A stretch of DNA of 64,000 nt from a virus (lineage: Duplodnaviria; Heunggongvirae; Uroviricota; Caudoviricetes). Position 1 is the first letter of the stretch. Each line of letters opens with the position of its first letter. Below are positions 26,551 to 35,708 of the stretch, piece after piece. The DNA lies in IMG/VR virus record IMGVR_UViG_3300032038_000047, positions 22,993 to 86,992 of that record; one strand, written 5' to 3'. The position numbers and the translations under genes are program-made. The notes under the pieces are model-generated. The model saw only the letters and a list, made by a program, of their open reading frames with translations. It ran no database searches and had not been told where the DNA came from.

Positions 26551-26943
26551 TTGTCTATGCGATATTTCTATGAGCCACCGCCGATCACCGTTCCCATGTA
26601 CGGACAGGTCCACTGCTGCAATCATCCGCTCTACACCTACTGCACGTTATATTTGGAAGGCGGTATTGGGCTTGCCGTGATCCAGCAGCGGTTTGACTCG
26701 GTCACAAAGCACTTCTGGTGGGGACCGATCGACGAGTGCCTGGCCAATGATATTTACTTGTCTCCAAACTTTCCGGAGTACTTTCATAGTCATGCCGCCA
26801 AGCCAACGGACGCCGGATTATATTTTACGGTTCCGGTCCGTTCTCTGATGTGGGCCCTCAGGATGAAGCCACTTCGGAAAGAGCCGTGGGAGCAGTTTTC
26901 CGCAGAATTAACAGCTCCTAAAATGGAAGGTATTACACTGTGA
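26551..26943 (+). CDS. Hypothetical protein
   Basis: 130 aa ORF. Confidence 0.4.
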   Translation: MSMRYFYEPPPITVPMYGQVHCCNHPLYTYCTLYLEGGIGLAVIQQRFDSVTKHFWWGPIDECLANDIYLSPNFPEYFHSHAAKPTDAGLYFTVPVRSLMWALRMKPLRKEPWEQFSAELTAPKMEGITL

Positions 26944-26964
26944 TATTTTGGAAGGAGCGATTGT

Positions 26965-27131
26965 ATGATTAAATTACTGGACAAGACGCTGTGGCTGATT
27001 GCGTACATCATTACTCTGCCGCTGAACATCGCGTTCGCGCTGGTGGATCTGTTGGTGGAGGTGACATTCGTACTGGCCGACTTCGTCCGAAACGCTATTA
27101 GGAACAAGCGGTTCAAACAAGTACACAAATA
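26965..27131 (+). CDS. 55-aa membrane peptide
   Basis: The start sits in a TGATATTTTGGAAGGAG-type junction (TGATATTTTGGAAGGAGCGATTGT-ATG). It is hydrophobic ('LWLIAYIITLPLNIAFALVDLLV'). A terminator lies at 27145-27176. Confidence 0.4.
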
Positions 27132-27261
27132 GATACCGGAGAACAGAGGGGGCTCTTAACAGGGCCTCTCTTTTTATTATGTCAACCAATCCGCAAAAAT
27201 TACAAGTACTATAATGGAACCTACGGGTTCTGATATTTTTCTTTTGAAAGGAGATTTCGCC

Positions 27262-28167
27262 ATGAATCCTGGAACATTCCTGAAAGTGCATTCACCAGTG
27301 TTGCTGGCGGGTGCGGCAATTGTGCTGATCGTCGGCGTGGTTGCCAGTGCGATTGCGACAGCACCGAAAGCAGCGGAAGAAGTCAAGGATATTCAGGAGA
27401 AAGCTAAGCATGTGAATCCTGAAAATTCCTCGGGGGAAGATTCCGAGGAAACCACCGTAGAAGAGGCCATTAACAGAGTCTCTTCTAATTTGCCCGAGCC
27501 TGCACAAATGGTGCTGAAGCGGATCCGCGGCCTCACCGTTGTTCAGAATCTGCGGTATCCGGAGTACCGAACGTTATATTTTGATGCGGCAAAAGTCCTT
27601 GGAAAGCGGTACCTGCCAACGCTTGTTATGGCTGCTGGGGCGGTTGCTTGCGTGATATTCTCGCAAAAGGCCTCGGCAGTGAAGTACGCGGCGGCAATGG
27701 GCATGCTGTCTACCACAGCGGGACGGTATGACAGAATACGGGATAAGATCCGCAAAGTGCTCGGTGAAGAGGAAGCGGTGGGTCTGGACCGTGATATTTT
27801 GAAAGAGGAGGCCAGTGAGAAGTTCAGTGATTCAGACATGACGCTGGCCTGTGGAGAGATTGAGGACACTGGTGATGGTGATATTCTGTTTTGGGAGCCG
27901 ATTACCGGGAAGTACTTCTATTCGTCAACACGAGCGCTGCAGGATGCGCTCACCAAGGCCAGCCGCATCCGGGAACGAAAAGATATTTCCTTCAATAAAC
28001 TTCTGGCGCTTATGGGGTTGGAAGGTATTCCGAACGGCAACGAACTCGGATGGAAAAAGGGCCAGAGCCTGATAGACTTCTGGTTCCACAACAATGACAT
28101 TGAGGTCGACGACGATACCAGGCCTTTGACAATTATCGACTGGATCACCAGCCCAACCTATATTTAA
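27262..28167 (+). CDS. Membrane-anchored protein, member 1 of a family of four paralogs
   Basis: N-terminal TM (VLLAGAAIVLIVGVVASAIA), an acidic linker, and a C-terminal conserved block 'ILFWEPITGKYFYSSTRALQDAL'. It is preceded by the promoter motif at 27190. Confidence 0.55.
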   Translation: MNPGTFLKVHSPVLLAGAAIVLIVGVVASAIATAPKAAEEVKDIQEKAKHVNPENSSGEDSEETTVEEAINRVSSNLPEPAQMVLKRIRGLTVVQNLRYPEYRTLYFDAAKVLGKRYLPTLVMAAGAVACVIFSQKASAVKYAAAMGMLSTTAGRYDRIRDKIRKVLGEEEAVGLDRDILKEEASEKFSDSDMTLACGEIEDTGDGDILFWEPITGKYFYSSTRALQDALTKASRIRERKDISFNKLLALMGLEGIPNGNELGWKKGQSLIDFWFHNNDIEVDDDTRPLTIIDWITSPTYI

Positions 28168-28183
28168 GAAAGGACAATCGCAA

Positions 28184-29158
28184 ATGGACGTAAAGACGAT
28201 CGCCAAGACGGTCAGCAGCATTTGTGTCAAGAACGGCCCTTCGATTCTCACGGGATTCGGAGTGGCCTTCTTTCTTGGCGCTACCGTTGCGGCTGCCGTC
28301 GTGTCACCTAAAGTGGTAAAACGGGTGAAAGCGGCAAAAGAACAGAAGAAGAAACGCCTCCAGAACGAGCAGGATGATATTTTGGAGGAAGACGAGGAAC
28401 AGGATGCCAAAGAAGAGAGAATCTATCGGGACGTGTACGAAGGCATGACCATGAAACAGGCCGGTGAAAAGTACGAGCTGACGCTGGCTGAGGTCCGTGA
28501 TATTTACAGAGCAAAGAAAAAGGCGCATAAGGCCCGGGGACGGAAACCGGGCGACCTGACTGTCTGGGAGAATATTAAGATTGCAGCGCCGTTATTTGCT
28601 CCGGCTGCACTGATGATCATCTGTGGGCTGATCTGTGTGGTCATGGCCAACAAGCTGCATATTGACAGAACCATGGCTGCCGTTGCCGCCTGTGAGCTGT
28701 CGGGGAACGCCCTGAAAGAGTATCAGGACAAAACTGCTGAGAAATTTGGAGAAAAAGCTGACAAGGAGATCAAGGAAGAGGTCGCAAAGGACCAGATCCG
28801 GAAGAATCCTCCTGAGAATAATACCGTGATATTTACTGGAAACGGAGAGTACCTATGCTATGAGCCAATCTCCAGGCAGTACATTCGATCCAGTTCCACT
28901 GCGGTAAAGGAAGCGATATTTAAGATCAGGGACGCATTGGCAGACGACGGCTGGTGCTCGGTCAATGACTACCTTGGATGGCTGAATGCGGAAGAGATGC
29001 CATACGGAGATGATATTGGCTGGTCAGCATTTGAGCCATGTGAGACAAAGGTGGAGGACAACTTCATCTACGACAGGGCCAAACCGGACGATGATACGCC
29101 GTGTCTGATCATTCAGCTCTATCCTCAGCCAAAGCACCGGTATGAGGGCAAACGGTAA
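28184..29158 (+). CDS. Membrane-anchored protein, paralog 2
   Basis: N-terminal TM plus C-terminal 'YLCYEPISRQYIRSSSTAVKEAI', which resembles the blocks in the 27262 and 46593 products. Confidence 0.55.
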   Translation: MDVKTIAKTVSSICVKNGPSILTGFGVAFFLGATVAAAVVSPKVVKRVKAAKEQKKKRLQNEQDDILEEDEEQDAKEERIYRDVYEGMTMKQAGEKYELTLAEVRDIYRAKKKAHKARGRKPGDLTVWENIKIAAPLFAPAALMIICGLICVVMANKLHIDRTMAAVAACELSGNALKEYQDKTAEKFGEKADKEIKEEVAKDQIRKNPPENNTVIFTGNGEYLCYEPISRQYIRSSSTAVKEAIFKIRDALADDGWCSVNDYLGWLNAEEMPYGDDIGWSAFEPCETKVEDNFIYDRAKPDDDTPCLIIQLYPQPKHRYEGKR

Positions 29159-29185
29159 CGTGATATTTGGAAAGGGGAGAGGAAC

Positions 29186-29548
29186 GTGTCTGATAACGTT
29201 GCGTTCAAGATGTCTTACAAGAATCCGAGAAATGGCGTGACCTATGTGTCATTTGGCTGCAGAGACAATGCAGTCAAAGCTGTACGTGATATTCTGGCGA
29301 GGACTCCACTTCCATACTTCGACACGCTCCTCTCCTTCCTCCGGCAGGCCAGTGTCGGAGATTCCGTTGAGATGCGTGATATTCGTATGGAGTGCGTTCC
29401 GGTATCAGAGGACGGCATCATAGCAGTGGATACGGTCATTGAGTATTACGACACGGAGGAACGCTATGAGAACTGCACGGTACAGATCCTGAGAAACAGC
29501 CACACCGGAGAGGAGTCTATTGGCTGGTGGGAGAACACAGACGAGTGA
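29186..29548 (+). CDS. Hypothetical protein
   Basis: 120 aa with a GTG start and GGGGAGAGG RBS. Confidence 0.4.
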   Translation: MSDNVAFKMSYKNPRNGVTYVSFGCRDNAVKAVRDILARTPLPYFDTLLSFLRQASVGDSVEMRDIRMECVPVSEDGIIAVDTVIEYYDTEERYENCTVQILRNSHTGEESIGWWENTDE

Positions 29549-29610
29549 ATCCGCAAAAATTACAAGTTCTATAATGGAACCTACGGGTTCTGTATATTTT
29601 TTCTGAAAGG

Positions 29611-30165
29611 ATGATGGCCATGAAGATCAGTATTAGAGGTGCGGTAAAAACTGCCCTCGCCGTTTACGGAGGCTACAAGCTTCTGGAACCGACCATCGAA
29701 CGGGCTGGAAAAGTGCTGGAGGGATATTTCGAGGACCGGGTGCTTCCTGATCTGAAGCGGAAACTGTCAGCTAAGATCCAGTACCTGATCTTTGGTGATA
29801 TTCCGGAGCGGGCTTCTGTGAAACGGCCTAAGGTAAGCTATGCGAAGTATGTGAAGTGCGATCGTCCGTCTGAGGATAGGGCGCAAACAGACTATTCTCA
29901 GTACGCAATGAAACGGCGTGCAGATATTCTGTATTCTTCCCGCAAAGAGGCGGAAGACGTTCGGGATGAGTTGGAGAAGCTAGCGTCAGATTATGGCATC
30001 GTTACCCTGAATGACGTAAGAAAACTTAGCGGTCTAGAAACCAAGTATGCTGATAGTAATTGGGGATGGGAAGATTGTGACCCTTACGAATGGGACATTT
30101 GCCCGTCTTACATTGATCGAAGCAGTTTCATCATCGACTTTCCGCCGATTGAGCGGTTGAACTAA
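29611..30165 (+). CDS. Hypothetical protein
   Basis: 184 aa. It follows the promoter motif at 29550 and its hairpin. The start could instead be at 29620. Confidence 0.45.
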   Translation: MMAMKISIRGAVKTALAVYGGYKLLEPTIERAGKVLEGYFEDRVLPDLKRKLSAKIQYLIFGDIPERASVKRPKVSYAKYVKCDRPSEDRAQTDYSQYAMKRRADILYSSRKEAEDVRDELEKLASDYGIVTLNDVRKLSGLETKYADSNWGWEDCDPYEWDICPSYIDRSSFIIDFPPIERLN

Positions 30166-30191
30166 TTATATTTTGAAAGGAGCAAATCACT

Positions 30192-30584
30192 ATGCGCAAG
30201 AAGAATTTTTACAACACAGGTGCAACTCTTGGGAGGAACGTAAACGCCGTTAACAAGACCGAAGTCAACAACAATGATGTTTCTAAGGAGGAAAACACTA
30301 TGAACGAGAACACCAACAACATGGAGCACATTGAGGACCGCAAGTTCACCGACAAAATCCTGAACGCCTGGGACGTGACCACCGCCTTCGCCCGGAAGCA
30401 CTGGCGGAAGATCCTGTTCGGGGCCATGGGCGTTGCGACAGCGGTGGCATTGCCAATGATCCTGGATAAGAAGAATGAGACGCCGGAGCTTCCCGCTGAG
30501 GAGGATATTCCGTTCCTGCCGGAGGACGAGCAGGCAACAGAAGAACCTCAGGAGGAGACTATTGAGATCGAAGAAGCGGAGTGA
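30192..30584 (+). CDS. Acidic protein with a single TM helix
   Basis: 130 aa. 'ILFGAMGVATAVALPMIL' is hydrophobic. The C-terminus is highly acidic. Confidence 0.45.
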   Translation: MRKKNFYNTGATLGRNVNAVNKTEVNNNDVSKEENTMNENTNNMEHIEDRKFTDKILNAWDVTTAFARKHWRKILFGAMGVATAVALPMILDKKNETPELPAEEDIPFLPEDEQATEEPQEETIEIEEAE

Positions 30585-30590
30585 TATTTC

Positions 30591-30851
30591 GTGTCAATCG
30601 CAGACAAACACGCCAACTTCAAAGACGTCGCCGGCATCAATGACATCATGAACTGGAGAGCTTTCCGGATTACCAAACGTGCGGACGAACTTCGGCAGGG
30701 CGGCATGACGGAGAGCGATATTGTGAAAGAGCTGTCTATTACCGTTATGGAGCTTCAGTCCTGCCGGGAAAGAGTCAGCGAGATGCATCCTGCGAAAAAG
30801 ACAGGCTTCGAGAAAAGGTATGAGGCCTGGCGCAAACGTGCAGAAGCGTGA
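30591..30851 (+). CDS. Small hypothetical protein
   Basis: 86 aa with a GTG start immediately after a TGATATTTCGTG junction. Confidence 0.35.
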   Translation: MSIADKHANFKDVAGINDIMNWRAFRITKRADELRQGGMTESDIVKELSITVMELQSCRERVSEMHPAKKTGFEKRYEAWRKRAEA

Positions 30852-30889
30852 TATTTGGAATTGGGAGGGGTGGCCTTTGGGTTGCCTCT

Positions 30890-31330
30890 CCTCCTTTTTC
30901 TGCTATGGCGAGGCGCAGTATAGCATGGTACAGATGAGCAATGGAAGAGCAAGGCGAGACGTGGCAAAGTGAGGCGTCGACTCGAAATGGAGTAGCGCAG
31001 AATAGCGAAGCGACAGAATGGCAATGCACTGACCCGATATGGCAGAGCGAAGAATTGCTGAGCGTTGAAACGAATTGAAACGGAATAGCGCGGAATAGCT
31101 GCGATAAGGGCCTGCCATGTGTAGAGATGAAAGGGCGAGGCGTGGCATTGAGTAGAGCTGCTTCGGCCAAGTACGGCATGGAAGGGCCAAGGAATGGCAA
31201 GGCGGATCGGTACGCTGAGATGCAACGGAAGAGCAAGGCGACCAAACGAGACGCAATGGAATGGCAACGAAGACCATAGCATAGGCGAAGCATCGCGGCG
31301 AGAAGTACAGAAACGGATTGGCTCAGCATA
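30890..31330 (+). repeat. Purine-rich, G/A-skewed degenerate tandem repeat region with no coding capacity
   Basis: About 440 bp of degenerate 12-18 bp units such as AATGGCAAGGCGAG, GGAAGAGCAAGGCGAGAC and GAATAGCGAAGCGACAGAATGGCA. There is no + strand ORF. The minus-strand ORFs there are low-complexity artefacts. Confidence 0.5.
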
Positions 31331-31410
31331 GTCATGCAACGGAAAGGTTTTGCAGCGCACAGATTAGAAAAGTCGAAACATTATATTTCAACAAACAGGA
31401 GGAAATTATT

Positions 31411-32085
31411 ATGCAAAATATGAGAGTTCGGATTACTACCACCGAGGGCATGCTGGGTACGGCGCCGATGGATCAGGATATTTACCGTCGGTTTATCGCA
31501 AGCAAGGCGCCGGATGCCGCAACCATTGAGGAAGAGGTAGCTGCAGTTGGCGTGGACGAGGTTGTCACCAATGGCATGACCGGTTTCCCCCGCTTGGAGG
31601 ATGGCCGGCCTTATGTTTATGACTATCAGATCCGGGGCATGTTCAAAGACTCCTGCGGCATGCTGTCCCGTCTGACCGGAAAGGACCCTGAGACCGGCAA
31701 AAAGAAAAAGGCCGTCAACGAGTCCGGAAAGCTCACTGCTTACAAGAAGGTCATCGACGGACTCATATTTGTGAATCCCAGGAAAATCCCGGTGGAGTTT
31801 TCCGGAGAAATGTCTCTGTGCCAGAGGCCGCTGCGTGCTCAGACAGCCCAGGGCGAGCGTGTTGCATTGGCAATTTCCGAGGAGATCCCGGCAGGTGCTA
31901 CGCTGGAGTTCGAGGTCGTCTGCTTCGATGACAGTCATATTTCCGCAGTACGGGAGTGGCTGGACTATGGAGCATTCCGAGGCCTGGGCCAGTGGCGTAA
32001 CTCCGGAAAGGGCAAATTCTACTGGGAGGAACTCGACGAGAACGGCAAGGTTATCGGCGGCAATAACTTCTCCAAAGCAGGCTGA
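31411..32085 (+). CDS. Hypothetical protein, possibly recombination-associated
   Basis: 224 aa ORF with GGAGG RBS, upstream of a DEDDh exonuclease gene. No family was recognised. Confidence 0.45.
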   Translation: MQNMRVRITTTEGMLGTAPMDQDIYRRFIASKAPDAATIEEEVAAVGVDEVVTNGMTGFPRLEDGRPYVYDYQIRGMFKDSCGMLSRLTGKDPETGKKKKAVNESGKLTAYKKVIDGLIFVNPRKIPVEFSGEMSLCQRPLRAQTAQGERVALAISEEIPAGATLEFEVVCFDDSHISAVREWLDYGAFRGLGQWRNSGKGKFYWEELDENGKVIGGNNFSKAG

Positions 32086-32121
32086 GTGATATTTTCAGAA
32101 GAGAAAGGAAAGGTGGTCTAT

Positions 32122-32472
32122 ATGACTGAAATCAAGGTAGCTCCTACGTACTACACGATTACAGATCTGTACAAGACGGTAAACGGCGGCTCCCGTGCAA
32201 TGCGGGGACTGTTTGGCTACATGATGAAGACCGGGCGGCTGAACGACGTGATATTTGGGGGCGCCGTTCATCTGCTGGGAGATCTGGAGAAGCTGGACAA
32301 GAATGAGGTGTATCAGGTCACCTACGACTCCGCCTGTCCGATTCCTGAGATTCAGGATATTTCCGAACTCGTCAAAGCCGCAAGAGCAGGCGCATTCAAA
32401 CCCTATGAGATTCCTCAGCGTGATATTTCCAAGACGCTGAGTGCTGTATCCAAACTCAATCTTAATTTCTGA
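32122..32472 (+). CDS. Hypothetical protein
   Basis: 116 aa with GAAAGGAAAGGTGG RBS. Confidence 0.45.
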   Translation: MTEIKVAPTYYTITDLYKTVNGGSRAMRGLFGYMMKTGRLNDVIFGGAVHLLGDLEKLDKNEVYQVTYDSACPIPEIQDISELVKAARAGAFKPYEIPQRDISKTLSAVSKLNLNF

Positions 32473-32487
32473 AAGGACGATGCAACT

Positions 32488-32871
32488 ATGAAAAACAGCA
32501 AATTCAACCGGTGGATGAACAAACACGCCGACGCCATCTATGCCGTGGAGAAAGGTATTCTCTACGCCACTCTGCCCATGACGGAGCTGGTGGTCTACTG
32601 CGCCGTTGGGAAGTTCCTTCCGAAGAGTCTCAAGCTCAGCGAGACCATGCGCAAGGTAATTATGTTCGGCGCCACGTACGGTATCACCTGCTCTATGTAT
32701 GGCCTGACGCCGCTGAGCATTGCCGGGGAGCAGGACAGCCGCGATCGGTATCGGTCGCTGGCTAACAGGCAGGCGTTCATCAGTGAGCAGATTCAGCATG
32801 ACCACAAGGTTCTCGCCGAACAGCTGGCGGAGACCAAAGGCACTGAGGATGAAGAAAAGGAGGCGCTGTAA
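32488..32871 (+). CDS. Membrane protein with two TM helices
   Basis: 127 aa. 'LVVYCAVGKFL' and 'VIMFGATYGITCSMYGL' are hydrophobic. Confidence 0.45.
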   Translation: MKNSKFNRWMNKHADAIYAVEKGILYATLPMTELVVYCAVGKFLPKSLKLSETMRKVIMFGATYGITCSMYGLTPLSIAGEQDSRDRYRSLANRQAFISEQIQHDHKVLAEQLAETKGTEDEEKEAL

Positions 32872-33602
32872 TGGTTATATTCTTTGATACCGAGTTCACC
32901 GGGCTGGTTCCAAAAACAACGCTTATCAGCATCGGTATGGTGGCCGCAAACGGCAAGATGTTCTACGGAGAGTTTACGGACTTCGGCCGATGGATGGTTG
33001 ACGACTGGCAGAAAGAGAACATATTCCAGCACACCATCATGCGTTATGACGAGGCAACCGGCTGGAGGTTCGATGCGGTCAACTTCGATAAAATCTGGGC
33101 CAGCATGGGCATGCACATAAACCCCGATGCCTACCGATTCAGAGACTCTTACGCTGCCACCAGCAAGTTCAACGGCAGTGTCATCTGCTTTGGCGACAGT
33201 GGTTACATTCGGGAGACGCTGAGAGAGTGGCTTGAGCGGTTTGCGACCGTCCAGTTTGTCGGCGACGTCTGCCACTACGATATGACCCTGCTGTGCAACC
33301 TCTTTGGCGGAGCAGGGGACCTTCCAGAGCATGTGGTGCCCATCTGCTACGACATTTGCCAGGACATTTGCGTCCGGAAAGAAGCCGTTCCGGATGAGGC
33401 GGAGTACTGGTATGCGGACATGGATGGCATGTGGAACGCCTTTGATATTTCCAGAGAAAAGCTTCTGGAGTGCTGGAACATCCCTACTCCTGCCGGAGAG
33501 AAGCACAATGCACTGTACGACGCCAAGGTCATTAAGGCCATCTATGATCACATGCGCCGGGATGGTGCTGCCATGCTGCGAAAGGACAAGCGGGATGTCT
33601 AA
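32871..33602 (+). CDS. DEDDh-family 3'-5' exonuclease (DnaQ/epsilon-like)
   Basis: Exo I 'FFDTEFTGL', and a C-terminal 'HNALYDAKV' that matches the Exo III H-x4-D motif. Confidence 0.65.
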   Translation: MVIFFDTEFTGLVPKTTLISIGMVAANGKMFYGEFTDFGRWMVDDWQKENIFQHTIMRYDEATGWRFDAVNFDKIWASMGMHINPDAYRFRDSYAATSKFNGSVICFGDSGYIRETLREWLERFATVQFVGDVCHYDMTLLCNLFGGAGDLPEHVVPICYDICQDICVRKEAVPDEAEYWYADMDGMWNAFDISREKLLECWNIPTPAGEKHNALYDAKVIKAIYDHMRRDGAAMLRKDKRDV

Positions 33603-33798
33603 GTGTTATATTCTCACAAAGCACTATAACGAGTTTGACGTGGTTGACGACAATCTGGAGATACAGAACCTGGAGATCTTTGAGATCGTCGGTGTATATT
33701 CCAGCCAAGAGTACGCCGACTACGTCAGATCACAATTCGAGGCCGACCCGCAGTATTCTGCATACACTTTCCTGGTCTCAGACTGGGAAGTCGAATAG
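33595..33798 (+). CDS. Small hypothetical protein
   Basis: 67 aa. The start overlaps the stop of the exonuclease gene. Confidence 0.35.
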   Translation: MSKCYILTKHYNEFDVVDDNLEIQNLEIFEIVGVYSSQEYADYVRSQFEADPQYSAYTFLVSDWEVE

Positions 33799-33815
33799 AA
33801 AGGAATGATATTTTT

Positions 33816-34217
33816 ATGAAAAAGTTCATCAATGACCACCCGTACGTCACCTTCTTCATCGCTTCCAAGCTGATCTCTCTGGCGGTAACTACTGTCAGCA
33901 AGATCACACACGCTGTAAACTACCGCTCCTACGCCACGGGATGCGGCATGTCCGGCGTGGAGCCTCTGCAGGAGGGATATTCCCGGACATGGAGCGAGGA
34001 CGGAGTCAACTGGCGGATCGGGCCTCCGGCGAAGAATCCGGATACGTCCATCGCCGATCAGATTGCCGAGAAGGTGGCTGAAGACCTGAAAGAAAGGCTG
34101 GTGAAAAATGATGACGGAAATGGACAGGCGATTGATCATGACACTGACGAAGCAGGAACTGCAGAGTCTTGTGAAGAAGGAACTGGGGGAGACGGTGACG
34201 ATCTCCTCACTGTATAA
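33816..34217 (+). CDS. Hypothetical protein with an N-terminal TM segment
   Basis: 133 aa. 'VTFFIASKLISLAVTTV' is hydrophobic. Confidence 0.4.
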   Translation: MKKFINDHPYVTFFIASKLISLAVTTVSKITHAVNYRSYATGCGMSGVEPLQEGYSRTWSEDGVNWRIGPPAKNPDTSIADQIAEKVAEDLKERLVKNDDGNGQAIDHDTDEAGTAESCEEGTGGDGDDLLTV

Positions 34218-34446
34218 CGAATTCCATCAAGAGTATACAAGGCCAGCAACAGACCTTGAGAAAGATATTCTGTTCAATATTGTGTTTGGGGCGGTATTGG
34301 CAGTGAAGTATGATGGTGCCACTGCTTCTACCGCTGCCAACACGGCTGAATACATTGCGCTCAGGATGCTCAATTATATTCAGACATACCTTTGCGTGTA
34401 CGCGCCAATTAAGAAAATCTGCTCTATGGAGGAGGGCGACGCATGA
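34108..34446 (+). CDS. Hypothetical protein
   Basis: 112 aa ORF that overlaps the previous gene in a different frame. Confidence 0.35.
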   Translation: MMTEMDRRLIMTLTKQELQSLVKKELGETVTISSLYNEFHQEYTRPATDLEKDILFNIVFGAVLAVKYDGATASTAANTAEYIALRMLNYIQTYLCVYAPIKKICSMEEGDA

Positions 34447-34730
34447 TTGATATTTCCGGACTTGACAAGAAAAAGGTGCTGATGGCACTGTATGATGCCG
34501 CAAAACCTCAGGGGCTTGGGTTTCTGCATTTCAGTGTGGAGCCCATGACTGAGGAGGAGGCCTCGGCGCTTCTCGGCAAGGACGCATATTTTGACTATGT
34601 CAACGGACGGGTCATGAAGGTAGACCTGACCTACGACAACCATTTCGACGAGCGGCTGTACGACCGGGACAATGGTGAAGGCGCCGCGGCCAAAGCTGTT
34701 GAGCGTGTCAGGAATGGGGTGTTTGGATGA
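34443..34730 (+). CDS. Hypothetical protein
   Basis: 95 aa, translationally coupled. Confidence 0.4.
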   Translation: MIDISGLDKKKVLMALYDAAKPQGLGFLHFSVEPMTEEEASALLGKDAYFDYVNGRVMKVDLTYDNHFDERLYDRDNGEGAAAKAVERVRNGVFG

Positions 34731-34912
34731 CGGTTGGCCAGATAGCACAAATTGTTATACTTGTAGGTTTCATCGTTTTATATGCAGCACTAGAATGCTA
34801 TGCAGACAGTGTTCGTGAAAAGGTTGTGGTTGTTATTGCTCGGTCAATGGCGGTGATTGGTTTAACATTGACGTTGATCGAAATTGTTTTTGGAAAGGCG
34901 GTGCTTGGATAA
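34727..34912 (+). CDS. Small membrane protein
   Basis: 61 aa with two hydrophobic segments. Confidence 0.35.
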   Translation: MTVGQIAQIVILVGFIVLYAALECYADSVREKVVVVIARSMAVIGLTLTLIEIVFGKAVLG

Positions 34913-35289
34913 TGGAGACCGTGATTCGGCTAAGGAAGGAAGACATTATTGCTATCCTGGCTGAACATTTTGAGGTGGACGAAAGCGCTGTAAATGTGTT
35001 TGGCAGCCGCGTCACCCAAGGCATTGGCCCAATGGAACATGACGTCATTGTTGTTGAGGCATCTGTCCAAAAACCGATGGAGATGGACGTTTCCAAATAC
35101 ACTGAACCGGCTATGATGCTGGAGTTCTGGGGAAATCATGACGGTCGTTTCAACCTGAAGTGCAGATGCTGCGGTTATCGAACCAATGATATTCAAAGGT
35201 CAGAAAAAGCGGCTATGGAATCTGCAGTGAAAACAATGGCCTGCCCAAAGTGCAAAGCAAGAACGCACCAAAAGGAGAAGCAGAAATGA
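34912..35289 (+). CDS. Zinc-ribbon-containing hypothetical protein
   Basis: 125 aa. 'CRCCGY...CPKC' gives CxxC...CxxC. Confidence 0.4.
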   Translation: METVIRLRKEDIIAILAEHFEVDESAVNVFGSRVTQGIGPMEHDVIVVEASVQKPMEMDVSKYTEPAMMLEFWGNHDGRFNLKCRCCGYRTNDIQRSEKAAMESAVKTMACPKCKARTHQKEKQK

Positions 35290-35708
35290 TTGTGTATGTT
35301 ATCACTCAAGGATGTTACTCCGATTACCATGTTTGTGGGGTGGCTATCGACCGGCAAGCGGCAAATCGGCTAAGAGAGCTGTATTCTGGTCAGTTCGATG
35401 ATGCAAATATTGAAGAGTATGATACTGAGAAACCTTTATCCGTGTCCGAACGTCTAGATAAGGGTTACACGGCATATAAGGTAGATATTATGGACGGCGT
35501 AATAGTTAATGTACGAATTCTGGATAAGGATGATATTAGCTATTCAGTTGGCTATTTATCAGCGTCTCCTAAATTTAAAACCTATCCCAGATTTGCGACA
35601 ATGAATAAGGGCTGGGTATATTGCCTTGCAAAAGATGAGGAACACGCTAAGAAGATTGCATTGGACACGTATGCACAGTGGAAAGCTGAAAAGGAGGGTA
35701 TTGTCTAA
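35286..35708 (+). CDS. Hypothetical protein
   Basis: 141 aa with AAAGGAGAAG RBS. Confidence 0.4.
   Translation: MIVYVITQGCYSDYHVCGVAIDRQAANRLRELYSGQFDDANIEEYDTEKPLSVSERLDKGYTAYKVDIMDGVIVNVRILDKDDISYSVGYLSASPKFKTYPRFATMNKGWVYCLAKDEEHAKKIALDTYAQWKAEKEGIV

Noticed and set aside
30755-31360. Minus-strand ORFs (201 aa, 186 aa, 124 aa) across the purine-rich repeat region.
   Set aside because: The translated products are repetitive, low-complexity and Ser/Leu/Pro/Arg-rich. They derive from the pyrimidine-rich complement of a degenerate tandem repeat. They have no RBS and no start context.
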